64,000 bases of DNA from Vulcanimicrobiota bacterium (GTDB taxonomy: Bacteria; Vulcanimicrobiota; Vulcanimicrobiia; Vulcanimicrobiales; Vulcanimicrobiaceae): positions 1,216,001 to 1,280,000 of the forward strand of contig CAVTCS010000003.1 of the NCBI GenBank assembly GCA_963733295.1, read 5' to 3'. The position numbers and the translations under genes are program-made. The notes beneath the pieces were generated by a model. It did no database searches. It was given only the letters and a program-made list of their open reading frames with translations, and was not told the DNA's origin. This document shows positions 62,669 to 64,000 of this stretch, in pieces. The first letter of the stretch is position 1, and every line of letters starts with the position of its first letter.

Positions 62669-62956
62669 CTACACAAGACCGCCGCCGCCGATTTGAAAGG
62701 CCGTTCCGATTCCGGTACCGGTGATGTCTTCGCAGCGGATATCGACCGTATAGAGTACGATGCTCCCGTTCTGCTCCACGCCGTTGTTGTAGCTCACCGC
62801 CCTATTGGCGTCTGTCCGAATGGACGCGGGCATGGCAAACAACAACACGTTGCCTCGACCTGCCGGAAAGTCATTCCATCCCCAACGAAACCTTACGGCA
62901 GCACCCACATCGAGGGTATAGCTAGCTCCCGGTGAGGGACCGATGATAAAAGCCAC
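62669..62956 (-). CDS. Small beta-rich hypothetical protein ending GGGGLV
   Basis: 95 aa; start overlaps cupin stop. Confidence 0.65.
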   Translation of the reverse strand: MAFIIGPSPGASYTLDVGAAVRFRWGWNDFPAGRGNVLLFAMPASIRTDANRAVSYNNGVEQNGSIVLYTVDIRCEDITGTGIGTAFQIGGGGLV

Positions 62957-63405
62957 TACTTCGCCAGCGTCATCGATGCCGGGCCGACCCCGTTGACCTG
63001 AATGATCGTGTCACCTTTTGCCATCGCATAATGCGGTGTGCCCGCCGGGATCGAGACGAACGATCCAGCCGGCAGCGCGGTCATGTGCGCGGCGTCGAAG
63101 GTGGTCCCGACTCCGACGAGCCCGATCCCGCTCAAAATGGTCACGTTCTCGGTGTCGCCATGAGTATGGGGCGCAATCTTGACGCCATCCGGCAGTTCCA
63201 GGCGAATCGTATATTGCGAACCCGCCTTCGAAGGATCGCCGGCGAGGACGGCCAGCTTCGCCTGTGCCGGATAGGGCGCGGGCGCCGGGCCAAATTTCAC
63301 TTGATCGTACAACACGACGGTGGGTGCATCCGCCGCCCGCACGACGATCGCGGACGAGATGATGATCAAACCAAAGATCCAAACCAGAGAAACCAAACGC
63401 CGCAT
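62956..63405 (-). CDS. Secreted cupin domain protein
   Basis: AAGGAGG RBS, signal peptide, PHTH...E...PHY. Confidence 0.88.
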   Translation of the reverse strand: MRRLVSLVWIFGLIIISSAIVVRAADAPTVVLYDQVKFGPAPAPYPAQAKLAVLAGDPSKAGSQYTIRLELPDGVKIAPHTHGDTENVTILSGIGLVGVGTTFDAAHMTALPAGSFVSIPAGTPHYAMAKGDTIIQVNGVGPASMTLAK

Positions 63406-63423
63406 GACGTCCTCCTTTACATT

Positions 63424-63621
63424 CTACTCTTCGCTCTTGAGCGCGGCCCGTAACACGATCCGCAACTCTTCCCAACCGCGATAACCGTGTCTGGAGACTG
63501 AATGTTCGAGGGCCGCGGCTAGTACGTCGTCTTCTCTTCCGGAGATCCTGAGCGTGCAGCCACTCTGGCTGTTGAACTCGCGGCAATCGATGTATTTTCG
63601 TGTACTGACTGTCGTAGACAT
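63424..63621 (-). CDS. DUF1059 family protein
   Basis: DCRE....GC......E..V.....H....HG. Confidence 0.8.
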   Translation of the reverse strand: MSTTVSTRKYIDCREFNSQSGCTLRISGREDDVLAAALEHSVSRHGYRGWEELRIVLRAALKSEE

Positions 63622-63680
63622 ACGGCTCAGACGCGATCATACAGGCCGACCGTCAAGAAATCGTTAAGAGCCCGCGTTCC

Positions 63681-64000
63681 TTAGTCGACGCGCGCTGGAC
63701 GAACCGGGAACGAGGCCACGAATTCGCTTCCGCTGCCGAGGCGGCTCACGACGGTCACGTCGCCGCCGTGACGACGAGCGAGCGCGCGCGCGATCGCCAA
63801 TCCGAGTCCCGATCCTCCCTGCGACCGAGCTACGTCGACACGCCAAAAGCGGTCGAAAATTCGCTCGAGGTGCTCTGCTGCAATGCCGATTCCGGAGTCG
63901 CGAACGACTATCACGGTCTCGGTTCGACTGCGTTCACCTTCGACCGAAACTCGTCCGCCGCGCGGCGTGTAGCGTAACGCATTCTCGAGCAGGTTGGCGA
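63681..64000 (-). CDS. Sensor histidine kinase, C-terminal HATPase part (5' end outside window)
   Basis: NLLENALRY, DSGIGI, IFDRFWR, GSGLGL. Confidence 0.92.
   Translation of the reverse strand, partial: ANLLENALRYTPRGGRVSVEGERSRTETVIVVRDSGIGIAAEHLERIFDRFWRVDVARSQGGSGLGLAIARALARRHGGDVTVVSRLGSGSEFVASFPVRPARVD

Overview
High-GC bacterial chromosomal window. Gene style (expanded orphan peptide-binding lipoproteins, Vgb-type beta-propellers, small secreted Ig-like proteins, PAS-SpoIIE-HATPase proteins) suggests Vulcanimicrobiota/Ca. Eremiobacterota; this is inference, not a search result. Core content: pbpC (partial), tig-clpP-clpX, seven minus-strand tRNAs (Pro, Arg, His, Lys, Lys, Leu, Gly) separated by accessory cargo, rdgB, scattered phenylacetate genes (paaN, paaI, PaaR-like TetR, truncated MaoC), amtB, lepA, SRP RNA, homogentisate genes (fahA, hmgA, hppD), rpsL-rpsG-fusA-tuf-rpsJ, an ECF sigma/anti-sigma operon and cydAB. 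No CRISPR array, integrase or transposase was seen. Best leads: (1) an uncharacterised diiron ferritin-like gene with its own promoter and a PaaR-like operator; (2) three or four genes whose conserved N-termini can only be made from AUC/AUA/AUU starts; (3) a duplicated convergent module of a secreted small protein and a Vgb-like lipoprotein in two tRNA-flanked islets; (4) a signal-less protein with a WGDPH autocleavage-like domain; (5) a promoter/leader peptide/terminator unit upstream of the SRP RNA; (6) an unknown gene coupled to fahA where the isomerase is missing; (7) a two-small-gene module, one ending in GGGGLV.
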